A stretch of 64,000 nucleotides of DNA from a virus (IMGVR_UViG_3300029915_001170:35641-99640); one strand, 5' to 3'; shown: positions 40,932 to 50,963, counted from the first letter of the stretch. Numbers and translations: made by a program. Notes: generated by a model from the letters alone, not told the origin.

Positions 40932-40939
40932 TATTTATT
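40932..40939 (-). promoter_or_regulatory. T4-like late promoter (AATAAATA)
   Basis: TAAATA just upstream of ATG; same motif near 39471, 49374, 59047 and 60984. Confidence 0.55.
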
Positions 40940-40947
40940 TTACAGAC

Positions 40948-40987
40948 AAAAATATGAGGTGACTTTTAAAAGTCACCTCATATTTTT
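40948..40987. terminator. perfect 40-bp palindrome, likely terminator
   Basis: aaaaatatgaggtgactttt|aaaagtcacctcatattttt. Confidence 0.6.
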
Positions 40988-41188
40988 AATCTAATTCAAT
41001 TTCTAGATTATTTCGTTTTTTAAATTTCCAAATTGAAAATCTCTTTTTGCAAATTTTGTTCCATAATCTAGAAGATTGTTTTGTGATACTAAACCCATTA
41101 TTCTTCTTAAAGTATCCAGGAGAATCTTGCGGTGTAATATTTTCCTCGAGTTTACCCACTCGTTTAAATTCTCGAAATCTTCGATTTA

Positions 41189-41803
41189 CTATTCTATCGG
41201 TACGTTCCCTTCGAGTTCTTCTGTCCATTGGTTTTCTCCTTCGTCTGAATCGTAGAACAAAAACTTTCTCCAATCAGGATCATCCATACCTAGGTTGCGT
41301 AATAGATGTCGGCTTGTGTGAATACCAATCGAACGTGGCATTCTAATTAATTTCATATCGGTAAGTTCTGTTAATAATTTATTGCCTTTTTTATTGTTGC
41401 AAGAATGGCAACATGCAACAAGATTTTCCCAGGTAGATTGGCCTCCTTTAGATCTAGGCCGCACATGATCCAATGTTAACGCTTTCGGCGAGAAAACCTT
41501 ACCGCAATATTGACAGGTATTATGGTCTCTGTTGAGAATATTTCGTCGAGTAAGAATATGAAGTCTTACAGGTATAAATTTATATTCGAGCAAACGAATA
41601 ACAGACGGCAAAAATTGATCAACGAGAATAAAATCGCCGGTTATTTCATCCCACATAGTTGTGGTATAAATTTTTTCAGGCCGTGTCTTTTCAGTCTTAG
41701 CAATACCCTTATATATAAGAGTCACCGCTCTCTTTGCAGAGCAAAAAGATAACGGTTCAAATGCAGAATTCAAAACTAAGCAACTTTTTCTCGATAAATC
41801 CAT
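41189..41803 (-). CDS. HNH endonuclease
   Basis: 'LVLN..FEP', 'RDHNTCQYCG', 'TLDHVRPRSKGG..TWENLVACC..CNNKK'. Confidence 0.9.
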   Translation of the reverse strand: MDLSRKSCLVLNSAFEPLSFCSAKRAVTLIYKGIAKTEKTRPEKIYTTTMWDEITGDFILVDQFLPSVIRLLEYKFIPVRLHILTRRNILNRDHNTCQYCGKVFSPKALTLDHVRPRSKGGQSTWENLVACCHSCNNKKGNKLLTELTDMKLIRMPRSIGIHTSRHLLRNLGMDDPDWRKFLFYDSDEGENQWTEELEGNVPIE

Positions 41804-41817
41804 TTTAACCTACCCTT

Positions 41818-42024
41818 TCAATTATTTAACCTCGATATTAATTTCAATTCAATTATTTTTTTTGCTTTATTCCATGCCAATTTTTCGGTAGCTGCCCACG
41901 GTGATAAACATTGCTGCCCGGTGAGTATAATACAGGGAAGATCGAGAGGATCCGAAGACTCTGAAGTATCTACACAGACCCGAGCAGCAGGATAAACCGA
42001 TTTTACAAATTCTTTCGCGGTCAT
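41818..42024 (-). CDS. microprotein, YP-A/AW family
   Basis: 'VKSVYPAA...AWNKA...SRL'; paralogs elsewhere in window. Confidence 0.65.
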   Translation of the reverse strand: MTAKEFVKSVYPAARVCVDTSESSDPLDLPCIILTGQQCLSPWAATEKLAWNKAKKIIELKLISRLNN

Positions 42025-42392
42025 GATTCTAGCGTCCTTAATATTTTTAACGTGATGCTATTCAAGGCATCTTCCCACGCAAGATCGATACTATCGTCCC
42101 ATTTAGAAATTCGATGCGCATCTTCCATATGGGAAATTTCATACCACGTAAATAAATATTCCCGCCAATCGTTTAAAATAGTGTCGCTAGATCTATTACC
42201 AATCATTATGGTATAACTTTCTGGTAAAATTGTTTCGCGCAAATCGAACCCGGTGGCGAATCGATTAGTAACTGCAAGTGCATCCGGATATACCGACCTA
42301 ACAGAATTAATTATTCCGCCAATATCATTTGCAGCTTTTCTTGTATTCGCCTCCATGCCGTCTCCCATGCCGCTTGTTCGGTAATAGCCCAA
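42021..42392 (-). CDS. YP-A/AW family protein (start uncertain)
   Basis: 'VRSVYPDA...AWEDA...RTL'. Confidence 0.55.
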   Translation of the reverse strand: MGYYRTSGMGDGMEANTRKAANDIGGIINSVRSVYPDALAVTNRFATGFDLRETILPESYTIMIGNRSSDTILNDWREYLFTWYEISHMEDAHRISKWDDSIDLAWEDALNSITLKILRTLES

Positions 42393-42601
42393 ATACCTAA
42401 CGGTTTCATTTTAATATTATCCCGTCTTTGCTGAAAATCCCATGTTACAATTCCATTTTTAACTACATCTTTAAGTTCACACGGAAGTTGATGCAAAACA
42501 ATATAAATTTGCTCTCCTCCTCGTTGTTTTCCATAATTATGAGTGTCTTTACACAGCACCGCATCTGGATATAATTTTAATATTTGTTCTTTATGAGTCA
42601 T
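42311..42601 (-). CDS. YP-A/AW family protein
   Basis: 'ILKLYPDA...AAWETAW'. Confidence 0.6.
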   Translation of the reverse strand: MTHKEQILKLYPDAVLCKDTHNYGKQRGGEQIYIVLHQLPCELKDVVKNGIVTWDFQQRRDNIKMKPLGIWAITEQAAWETAWRRIQEKLQMILAE

Positions 42602-42794
42602 TTGATTAACTTTAAATAGAATTCTGCTTCTTTCCTGGAATTTAAAATACCTAACGATTCAACTTTAGTTTTTCTAAATTCGATTTCGATCCACTTCCCC
42701 GGTGGCGGAAAATATAAATCCTGAAATTTTTAGAACTTCAATTTTTCGAAATAAAAAGCCAACTCGTTTAAATTTTAAAAATGAACGGGGAAAA

Positions 42795-43568
42795 TCATTC
42801 ATATTTTTTCTCGATTGCAGTAACTATCTTACTAATGTCGGCGTTATAAAAGCCGCTAGAGTTAATGCTGTTAAATTCAACAATTTTAAATTCGCCGGTT
42901 GTTAATTGCGCAGCATCCATCACAACGGTGTCTGATGGTACCCAGTTTTTTAATAATTGTTCGGCGGCTTTCCAAATATCAACACCAATAGGCTCTCTAA
43001 TAGTAAGATACCCATACTTCTTGTATAAAGAGCCGGTTATGATTTTTCCATCAATGATCCAGAATCTCCACTCACGTTCAATTTTTTGAATAGGTGAACA
43101 GCAAATTTTTAAATCACCGGATAGTTCGTTATACTCTTCATTAAACCAATCTCTATCTGGGCCTTCCAATACCATACCGGTAAATTCTTTTACAGCAACA
43201 GGCTTTACAAATACCGGTTGAGTGATCCAATCTTCTCTTAACTGTGATAGGGTAATAGTGTTAACCGATTGATTTAACATATCTTTTCGATGAGTAGCCC
43301 AAATGTTGGGATTCCACCAGCCATCTTCCCAGAATATTCCGGTAGAACAATTTAGTTTTTTTGCTAAAATTGGTAATACCGTACCACCATAAAACATTGT
43401 CGGAATTGAAAAATTAACCTGTTCAATACCGGTAATTGTATGCTCAAATGGAATTACGCCGCATAATGTAAACGGAATACCCATTTTTTGCAAAGTGCTA
43501 ATTAACGGACTACAATTGTTTTGCAGAGCGGTCCAATTTAACGAATCCTGAACAATCCATTGTGTCAT
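42795..43568 (-). CDS. ATP-grasp protein (DUF4343/R2K-like)
   Basis: 'FVKP..KEFTG', 'EWRFWI', 'VMD', 'IVEFNSINSSGFY'. Confidence 0.8.
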   Translation of the reverse strand: MTQWIVQDSLNWTALQNNCSPLISTLQKMGIPFTLCGVIPFEHTITGIEQVNFSIPTMFYGGTVLPILAKKLNCSTGIFWEDGWWNPNIWATHRKDMLNQSVNTITLSQLREDWITQPVFVKPVAVKEFTGMVLEGPDRDWFNEEYNELSGDLKICCSPIQKIEREWRFWIIDGKIITGSLYKKYGYLTIREPIGVDIWKAAEQLLKNWVPSDTVVMDAAQLTTGEFKIVEFNSINSSGFYNADISKIVTAIEKKYE

Positions 43569-43859
43569 TGCATTAGCCTTAGCAAAAATTCGGTATCTTT
43601 ATCTGGTGTGAACGCAATCTTGGTTGGAAAAATATGATCGATCATATAGGCATGCGTTAATCCATGTATTAGACTTCTACCATATCTAGAAAACTCCCAA
43701 CCTTTTTTATGCGCCCATAGTAATTCTTCTCGAGTAAACTCGCCCATCCAATGATAATAGTCTTCTTCATATGGATCCCAAAGTATTGCTTTTTCACAGT
43801 ATCAATGCGTTTGGATACATCTTTTTCACTCGAGATTTAAATGAAGCGGCCATGCTTTA

Positions 43860-43888
43860 ATGATAGCATGGCCAATGGAAAAAAGCAA
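43860..43888 (-). promoter_or_regulatory. sigma70-type promoter
   Basis: TTGCTT-17-TATCAT. Confidence 0.45.
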
Positions 43889-43895
43889 GTATTTT

Positions 43896-44198
43896 TTATA
43901 GCGGTACCGAAGATACCAATTTTTCCAAAATACCAAGCGTATTATTAACCTGGTTGGCATATTCAATATCATCTTTAATCGAATTAACCAGATTCTGAAT
44001 CGAAATAATTATGGATTTATCGAACATTGCAGCAAGATTGGAAAAATTTTCGGTTCGATTCGAAATGTCCATCGCAAGAGCCGAATCGGATAATCTATTT
44101 ACATCATGTTTAATTTGGGTAATTTGATCCCGAATAGGTCCAGGCTTGCTTGACCAATATAAGGTTGTTAATTGAATTTGGACGTCGTCTATTGTCAT
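43896..44198 (-). CDS. hypothetical protein
   Basis: coupled ORF. Confidence 0.55.
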   Translation of the reverse strand: MTIDDVQIQLTTLYWSSKPGPIRDQITQIKHDVNRLSDSALAMDISNRTENFSNLAAMFDKSIIISIQNLVNSIKDDIEYANQVNNTLGILEKLVSSVPL

Positions 44199-44199
44199 T

Positions 44200-44982
44200 T
44201 TATTTTTCCCCGGCTAACTGATGATGAATTACCGCTAATTTTTGTATATTATTAATTGCAGAATCAAGATTTGCTTGGGCTGTTAATGCATCTTTTTCGA
44301 TTTGCGCTAATTTTTCAATTTCCGTTCGTTTTTCAACAGCCGACATTTTATCCTGATTATTTTGAATAAATTGACTTTGATAAATTAACACCGATTCATA
44401 ATCATTTTTTTCTTGCTGCTTGAGATCAGTAAGATCTAATACAAATAAAACAACAAACTGTTGAACTAACGGATCTGCGGTTTTAATAATTTTGGGCAAA
44501 TCATGCCTTGCCCGTTTATGTAGGAATTGAGTAGTAATGTTGTTTAGTTGCCCGGCAGCAATTCCTAACTCTTGACCAGTGTTCTTTTGCGCCGTTGAAA
44601 TAGTGGGTTCAACAATAGAAGAAGGTAAGGCTGGAATTGCAACGGTTGGATTAACAATTGACTCTAACGCGGCTGCATAGGTTTTTAGGCTTGCAAGAGA
44701 ATTTGTACGAATTAATAAATCTTTATCTGATATAAAATTTGTAATTTGGTTGGGTTTAAAATTTGAAACGGAGTATTGATCCACCAAAACAGCCTGCTCT
44801 TGCATAATATGAATGCTGTTGCTAGTCGTGTATAAGGTTGAAATTGAATCAAATGTAGCTGGCGCGGTCGCAGAAAACGATACAATAGGTTGGGACCATT
44901 TATTATAGCCGCACCCAGAGATTAATACAAGCGAAGTGAAAAGAAGGGTTTTCATAAAAAATATGTTACTTTTTAATGTCAT
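44200..44982 (-). CDS. putative lipoprotein
   Basis: 'LLFTSLVLISGC' lipobox. Confidence 0.6.
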   Translation of the reverse strand: MTLKSNIFFMKTLLFTSLVLISGCGYNKWSQPIVSFSATAPATFDSISTLYTTSNSIHIMQEQAVLVDQYSVSNFKPNQITNFISDKDLLIRTNSLASLKTYAAALESIVNPTVAIPALPSSIVEPTISTAQKNTGQELGIAAGQLNNITTQFLHKRARHDLPKIIKTADPLVQQFVVLFVLDLTDLKQQEKNDYESVLIYQSQFIQNNQDKMSAVEKRTEIEKLAQIEKDALTAQANLDSAINNIQKLAVIHHQLAGEK

Positions 44983-45556
44983 TGTATCCCGCCAAATCTC
45001 GTATTTGTTGAATGTCGAAAAAATTTTTTGTTTCCCACAACGTTGAGGATTCGGTTAACACGAATCGAATATTTTTTGCAGTATCGTTATAATTATCGAT
45101 CAGTTCATTTTCGGTGTGTAATATACGATAATTATAACCATCATACGCGAGAATTTTATGACCCGACCTTAATAATCGTTTCCATACCAATAATCCTGAA
45201 TCAGGTACCTGATCATCGCTAAATAATCGAATACCTTTTTTTGAATCCTTAAGAATAGCATCGTATAATTCATCGGCATACGGTCCAATTCCCTTATCTT
45301 TTTTGCCGAGTAAATGAACTACTAATCCTTGCGGCTTTTTTTCTAATTCTATTGCAAGCTGAATATCGCCATTGACCTCAAACCAATAATATATCATTGA
45401 ATCTAGATCAATTTTTCTAAGATTTCTATTAGATATCGGTTTTATACCAAGCGCGAGTAATTCATCTATATTTCTCTTCAGAAACTCGTAATAATCGGCT
45501 AAGCCGATTGGTTTCGGCGATTCAGCGATCCAAGTTTCATAGAAGTTCGATTTCAT
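44966..45556 (-). CDS. GNAT-like paralog family protein
   Basis: 'PYADELY..IL', 'SDDQVPDSGLLVWKRL'. Confidence 0.6.
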   Translation of the reverse strand: MKSNFYETWIAESPKPIGLADYYEFLKRNIDELLALGIKPISNRNLRKIDLDSMIYYWFEVNGDIQLAIELEKKPQGLVVHLLGKKDKGIGPYADELYDAILKDSKKGIRLFSDDQVPDSGLLVWKRLLRSGHKILAYDGYNYRILHTENELIDNYNDTAKNIRFVLTESSTLWETKNFFDIQQIRDLAGYNDIKK

Positions 45557-45999
45557 ATTAGATGAATTCCTTCGACAATATCTTGTTTTAATTTCTCACG
45601 TCGTTTACGTTTTTCTTTAAAATATTTTTTGAAGTGGCACATAGTACAGCCACAATTCATATTCCATTTCGAATACTTACCCCATTCGGGTAATAATTCT
45701 ATGTTCCACCAGTGTGGACGCCAAATATTTTTATACCTTTCGATCGGAAAACCAGGGCGTTCAGGCCCTGGATTAGATCGAGTTAATTCTTAGGCATAGT
45801 TTCTTCCTTATCCGCGAAATACCTTTTAATTGCTGCTGAATATTTTTGGTTTGCGATTGCTTGCTGCATTCCTAAACCGCCGAGCATTATAGATTTCTTA
45901 ATTCCGTTAAGTGGATCATCTTCGGCTAGCACACAATCATTTTCTTGTGGATGATCGAAATTAGCGGTCGTTATGTGATATTGTTTCATATTACCTACT

Positions 46000-46088
46000 T
46001 GGGGTGGCCGACGGAAGTCGAATCCGCGATGTTCTTTTGAACCCAGGGTCACAACCTGGCGCAACAAACCGACAGTTGCCTCAGCCAC
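46000..46088 (-). tRNA. tRNA-His(GUG) with long variable arm
   Basis: cloverleaf; ccagg-ttGTGac-cctgg; C73; CCA. Confidence 0.85.
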
Positions 46089-46122
46089 ACTTGACGAGAC
46101 GGAAAATCACATCTCTAAACTT

Positions 46123-46197
46123 TGGCTCCGACTAGATGATTCGAACACCTATTGCGTGGTTCAGCGCCACGAGCCTTAACCATTAGACGAAGTCGGA
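46123..46197 (-). tRNA. tRNA-Gln(CUG), G33
   Basis: cgtgg-cgCTGaa-ccacg; U1-A72, G73; CCA. Confidence 0.85.
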
Positions 46198-46205
46198 ACA
46201 TACAA

Positions 46206-46388
46206 CTATTTACCTTTGTAATCAGATTCATACCATCCAGTGCCTTTAAAATTCAATGTAGCTGAACATATTACTCGAATCATTTTTTCATTGCACTCGG
46301 GACATTTGATAAGAGATTCATCTGAGAATCTCTGTATTTTTTCTAATTCGAAATTACATTGCTCACAACGATATAGATATAATGGCAT
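46206..46388 (-). CDS. FmdB-family zinc ribbon protein
   Basis: 'MPLY.YRCEQC...CPEC...FKGTGWY..DY'. Confidence 0.85.
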   Translation of the reverse strand: MPLYLYRCEQCNFELEKIQRFSDESLIKCPECNEKMIRVICSATLNFKGTGWYESDYKGK

Positions 46389-46557
46389 TATAAAATTCCA
46401 GCCTCGTTTCTATTTTTAAAAGTTCTTATATCCTCATCTATTTCTTTTTGAGTCGGATAATATTTTTTTGCGCAATCGTCGCATAAAAGATTTTCGGATC
46501 CCGGAAAATAAGTAAGTGGCTTATTATATTCATCGCAGCCGAAACATGGATAATAAT

Positions 46558-47337
46558 TTAAGTCCATAGAGAATTCCTCACTTTAATTAGTCGAATCAAC
46601 ATTTCGGTATCTTCTTTTTCGTATGTTGCGTCTATTCGGCGCATACCAGCAAGCATCTTTTTAACTCGTTTGCGATCTTCCGGTGCGGTTTCACCTAATA
46701 GTTCAGGCTTATTATTACAATAATCAGTCCACCCAGTGGAATCCATTGGATCTAATCTCGCTGAATATATTTTTTTCCACCAATTATATAATGATAGGAT
46801 TTCGATAGCATTCTTTGCCTGCTCCATAGGTTTTCCATATAACTTATTGGCCGGATCAATTCCAGAATTATTATCATAAATCAATTTCGATTCCCAAGTA
46901 AGATGGGCAATTCCCGCCTCAGCGCTACGCCACGTTCTCCAACGAAATATTCCATGACTCCACCAAGGCGCAGAATATTTCTTTTTTGCTTCATCATCGC
47001 AATTGATACAAAGCCATGCTTTTTCGATTTCAACAAAATCTACTAATTCATCAAATAGACAAGGTAGAAATCTATTGTCAACATCCACCCATTGACCTCT
47101 CTTAAGATGCGATGCCTTTGCTGTTAGTTGATGAGTTTTTGTAACCCATCTATTATTGATGTAATATTTAATATCGTATAATCTTCGGAAAGGCCAATAA
47201 ATAAAATCTTGTATTGCATCTAACGCGGTTTCCGCGATCCAACATCTAATGTTCCATTTGCTGGATGACAATACATATGGTTTACTTTTACCACGAATTA
47301 AATTTGCAATTTTAGAACAACTCCAATAGGTAGTCAT
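46558..47337 (-). CDS. phage hypothetical protein
   Basis: Trp-rich ORF ending 'DTEMLIRLIKVRNSLWT'. Confidence 0.7.
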   Translation of the reverse strand: MTTYWSCSKIANLIRGKSKPYVLSSSKWNIRCWIAETALDAIQDFIYWPFRRLYDIKYYINNRWVTKTHQLTAKASHLKRGQWVDVDNRFLPCLFDELVDFVEIEKAWLCINCDDEAKKKYSAPWWSHGIFRWRTWRSAEAGIAHLTWESKLIYDNNSGIDPANKLYGKPMEQAKNAIEILSLYNWWKKIYSARLDPMDSTGWTDYCNNKPELLGETAPEDRKRVKKMLAGMRRIDATYEKEDTEMLIRLIKVRNSLWT

Positions 47338-47741
47338 TAATTCTCTCCAAAAATTTTTCGAAGTACAAATTCATTTTCATTATTTTGTTCTTCGGATATA
47401 CTATAGTCGCTAAGAACCAAAAACTTTGAAACCTTTGCGGCTCCATTGAGTTCAAAAGTTTTATCAATACTATCATAATGCCGTTGATCTAAAACACCTT
47501 TTAAACTTTCACACCAGGTAACCGCCGTGCAATTTCGAATTTTTCCACCCATTTTAATATACGTGTAATAAAAATCCTCGCCGTCATCCATAATTCCAAC
47601 GAATCTTCCAACTTCGTCATTGACAATAACAATGTCGTTAAGCATTGTATAAGTTTCTTCGATTAATTTGTTAAGAGTTAGATAATTATCCATTGGCAAC
47701 CTTCGAATATTTTTTGTAGTAATCAAAAAGAAATTGTCCAC
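47337..47741 (-). CDS. hypothetical protein (start probably MDNYL)
   Basis: coupled ORF. Confidence 0.55.
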   Translation of the reverse strand: MDNFFLITTKNIRRLPMDNYLTLNKLIEETYTMLNDIVIVNDEVGRFVGIMDDGEDFYYTYIKMGGKIRNCTAVTWCESLKGVLDQRHYDSIDKTFELNGAAKVSKFLVLSDYSISEEQNNENEFVLRKIFGEN

Positions 47742-47934
47742 ATGATGCGCCTACATCTCTACCGGGAGGGTCATAAAATTCACATTCAATTCCTTGCGAG
47801 TCCAATTCGCCCATCATATGCTTACCATCATCTTTATCGATATACGCAATTTCAACAATTTGATTATTGTCGTTAGTATAGATAAATTTTTGGGTATTAT
47901 CGATTTCACTTTTAATCGTAGTTTTAAAAATCAT
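47686..47934 (-). pseudogene. internally deleted RlmN-like radical SAM gene
   Basis: RlmN-like N-terminus 'SEIDNTQKF..D...VE' joined to C-terminal 'GRDVGASCGQ'; no CxxxCxxC. Confidence 0.5.
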
Positions 47935-48122
47935 TTATTGAAGACTTCTTGTTCATAATCTAGGGGAAAAATTGTTTTGCCGCATATACAACATTCTTGG
48001 CCGTAATCATAACAAGAACAATGATACCCCACATCACTTTTATCGCAGGCCTTTTCGTCACTATATTCCGCAGCTACACTAATATCATTATTGAAATCTT
48101 CTAGCTTGCTCATACAAGATCC

Positions 48123-49175
48123 TTAATCTATTTTGTTTCCTAACTTTTCATAGATCGTATTGTGTGTATGGTTTACTCTAACAAAGATTGCCATATCAGA
48201 AAGTTCCTTTAAATTTTCGGAGCCGACATAAGTTAACGTGCTTCTTAAGCCACCCAGAATATCTAAAACTGTCTTTTCGACTGGTCCTTTTGCAGGTAAC
48301 ATAACGTGGCGACCTTCAGTTGTGCGATATTTTGCCATACCGTTATTGAATTCCTGCATAGCCTTCTCGCTGCTCATTCCATAAAATTCAACAAATGAAT
48401 TACCGGTTGAATCGGTAATTTTTTTCGCTTCTACTTCGTCATGCCCCGCTAACATAGATCCGAGCATTACAAAATCTGCGCCGGCGCCGAATGCTTTTGC
48501 AATATCACCAGGATTTTTACATCCGCCATCCGCGCAAATAAATGCATTAAGATCATAGGCAACTTCTGAACATTCTGAAATTGCGCTTATCATTGGATAC
48601 CCGACTCCGGTTTTCAATCGAGTCAAACATCCTGCTCCCCCTCCGATCCCAATCTTTACAACATCGGCTCCGGCTTTGATAAGAGATTCGGTTTGATCCG
48701 GGGTAACAACATTGCCGGCCATAATAATTGCTTCTGGATTTTCATCGCGTAATCTTGAAACTGTATCAAGAAAAGTATTGCGATATCCATTGGCAACATC
48801 AATACATACTTTGTCTATAGTTTTATTATAGTTTACTCTTTTAAATTTGTCAAGATCTTCTTTATTTGATCCGACCGTATACCAACATAAATTTTTTGCT
48901 AGATTAGTTTCAAAAAAGGCTGTTAACTCATCTTCATTATAATACTTATGCAGTGCGGTCATTAACCGATGCCTGCCCAATTCTTTAGCCATCTTGAAAC
49001 TAGATACGGTTGTCATATTAGCCGCAATAATAGGAATGCACGGCAATGATTTGTTAACCCGGGGAAAATAAAACGTTCTCGATAGATCAACCTCTGATCT
49101 CGAATTAATATTATTGGGTTGTGGCACGATTAATACATCATCAAAATCTAATTTAATGTCGTTTGATATTTTCAT
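48123..49175 (-). CDS. guaC: GMP reductase
   Basis: 'KLDFDDVLIVP', 'PIIAANM', 'IDVANGY', 'KIGIGGGAGCLTR..TGVGYP', 'FYGMSS', 'EG'. Confidence 0.9.
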   Translation of the reverse strand: MKISNDIKLDFDDVLIVPQPNNINSRSEVDLSRTFYFPRVNKSLPCIPIIAANMTTVSSFKMAKELGRHRLMTALHKYYNEDELTAFFETNLAKNLCWYTVGSNKEDLDKFKRVNYNKTIDKVCIDVANGYRNTFLDTVSRLRDENPEAIIMAGNVVTPDQTESLIKAGADVVKIGIGGGAGCLTRLKTGVGYPMISAISECSEVAYDLNAFICADGGCKNPGDIAKAFGAGADFVMLGSMLAGHDEVEAKKITDSTGNSFVEFYGMSSEKAMQEFNNGMAKYRTTEGRHVMLPAKGPVEKTVLDILGGLRSTLTYVGSENLKELSDMAIFVRVNHTHNTIYEKLGNKID

Positions 49176-49197
49176 TTTTATCCGATTTGTTAAGAAA

Positions 49198-49281
49198 TGG
49201 AGCGGGCTGCGAGGTTCGAACTCGCATGTCTTACGACAGTGGTTTGGAAGACCACCGGGCAACCAATTACCCAAAGCCCGC
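49198..49281 (-). tRNA. tRNA-Gly(UCC) with long variable arm
   Basis: GCGGGCT/AGCCCGC, U73; gtggt-ctTCCaa-accac; tgtc-gtaa-gaca arm. Confidence 0.9.
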
Positions 49282-49290
49282 TTAAAATTG

Positions 49291-49365
49291 TGGAGCCCCG
49301 AACCGGAATTGAACCGGTGACCTTTCGCTTACAAGGCGAGCGCTCTACAACTGAGCTACCAGGGC
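49291..49365 (-). tRNA. tRNA-Thr(UGU)
   Basis: cloverleaf, ctTGTaa loop, CCA. Confidence 0.9.
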
Positions 49366-49391
49366 CTATTACTATTTATGCTATTTTAATT

Positions 49392-49467
49392 TGGCGCTCC
49401 CGAACGAATTTGAATCGTTATTTCTAGCTTAGGAGGCAAGTGCCCTATCCAGTTGGACGACGGGAGC
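49392..49467 (-). tRNA. tRNA-Arg(CCU)
   Basis: ctCCTaa loop, CCA. Confidence 0.85.
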
Positions 49468-49474
49468 ATGTTAG

Positions 49475-49548
49475 TGGAGCCGAAGCTGGGAGTCGGACCC
49501 AGAACTAGACTATACCAAAGTCTTGTTATACCGTTTAACTATTTCGGC
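49475..49548 (-). tRNA. tRNA-Thr(GGU)
   Basis: agact-ttGGTat-agtct, CCA. Confidence 0.85.
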
Positions 49549-49848
49549 TAGCAGCGTGTCTATCTTCGCACCAGCAATATTCATCCTGATCAATAAGTAC
49601 CTTGCATTGCTCATAATGATTATGGCCGCAATCAGGACATTTTGATGAAGATATCTTCTCCTGTGACTCTGTACAAGCGGCGCATCTAATAATTCGTTTA
49701 TTGATTATCTCGTGACCAGGTACTATATCTAGTATCGTTTCGAATATATTACATACATCGATAATTCTCCACTTACAATTACCGCAATGAATATTATCGC
49801 TATCCGGAGTAATCGTTATCATGTGATCAAAATTCATATTTTTCCTTT

Positions 49849-50514
49849 CTACTCCAAAGGTAAATTATTTTCTTCCCGAGCTTTACGTATTTTAAATGAC
49901 GGCCAAATATTAATTTGATCATCCGTAGATTCCGATAAAATATATCGATAATTCTGATAATTACGATCTTTGCCGAAGAATGATTTTAATTCGTCTTCCG
50001 TTTCGCATCGAGTAAAACTTGCGCCGGGTTTGGTTCGATCATACACAGAAACTACATGGCCATCCGAAAATAATCTGTGCCAAATCTTAAAACCGGATGT
50101 ACTAAGAGTTTTATCACTTACGACTAAATTTTTTGCAGAGCCGGTTAAATTTTTCAAATCTTTTAAAATGGCAATATACAGGTCACTTGCATACGGGGCA
50201 CCAGACGCCTCAGGATTTTTTCCGGTCATTAACACCGCGACATTTCTTGAGGTCTTTTCTAATGATGTTCCTACCCAGAATATTCCATTTTTTTCATACC
50301 AGTAATAGACCTCTCTATCGAAATCCATCCTGTATAAATCGGCACCTATCTTTTTAACTGATTGCGGCCGAGCTTTTCGTAAATCATTAATATCGTTTTT
50401 AACGGTTGGCCAGGCGGCGAATTCCATCTGTTCTGGCTCTTCATAAAGCCAGGATTCATTGAAAGAGAGCCTATCGTCAATATCAGATTCAGCTAAAATA
50501 TCTTGTATTTTCAT
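49849..50514 (-). CDS. GNAT-like paralog family protein
   Basis: MKIQDILAE start; 'PYASDLY', 'SDKTLSTSGFKIWHRL'. Confidence 0.7.
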   Translation of the reverse strand: MKIQDILAESDIDDRLSFNESWLYEEPEQMEFAAWPTVKNDINDLRKARPQSVKKIGADLYRMDFDREVYYWYEKNGIFWVGTSLEKTSRNVAVLMTGKNPEASGAPYASDLYIAILKDLKNLTGSAKNLVVSDKTLSTSGFKIWHRLFSDGHVVSVYDRTKPGASFTRCETEDELKSFFGKDRNYQNYRYILSESTDDQINIWPSFKIRKAREENNLPLE

Positions 50515-50571
50515 CTTTCCGACCACTAATCCAATTTTTATCTTCATTAATTTTCATATTTTTTCTTAAAT

Positions 50572-50647
50572 TGGTGCTCCCCACGGGATTTGAACCCGTA
50601 TACTCGGTTTAGAAGACCGAGGCCCTATCCGGTTGGACGAAAGGAGC
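50572..50647 (-). tRNA. tRNA-Arg(UCU)
   Basis: tcggt-ctTCTaa-accga, CCA. Confidence 0.9.
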
Positions 50648-50655
50648 AAAAACTT

Positions 50656-50729
50656 TGGAGCCGATGACAGTACTTGAAACTGCATTACCCGATTACGAAA
50701 CGGGTTTTCTACCTTTGAAATACATCGGC
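50656..50729 (-). tRNA. tRNA-Thr(CGU) copy 1
   Basis: ttCGTaa loop, CCA. Confidence 0.85.
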
Positions 50730-50737
50730 AAAAACTA

Positions 50738-50904
50738 TTTGCATTGACGGGTTAATTATCAACCGCTAAGTTGACCTCTCACCGCTATTCAGTTGCTCTC
50801 AAAGAGCATCCCATTATATTGCCGTGATCGCAACATAATATCGACTGATTTAAGACCACATCACCTGCGTAATCTCTCGTGTCCGCTCCACGATGCAATG
50901 CAAA
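50738..50904 (-). ncRNA. structured ncRNA candidate (long form)
   Basis: 9-bp terminal stem and several internal hairpins; homolog at 53223. Confidence 0.55.
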
Positions 50905-50908
50905 TTTT

Positions 50909-50963
50909 TGAGCCCCCGAAAAGATTTGAACCTTTTCCATCCTGAACCGACGAGTTACGGGGC
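50909..50963 (-). ncRNA. mini tRNA-like RNA (acceptor plus T arm only)
   Basis: GCCCCG...aaagg-TTCAAAT-ctttt-CGGGGGC. Confidence 0.45.

Noticed and set aside
49176-49427. ORFs and N-terminal extensions overlapping tRNA genes (also 45783, 53140, 58462)
   Set aside because: Better explained by the tRNA genes; true starts lie downstream
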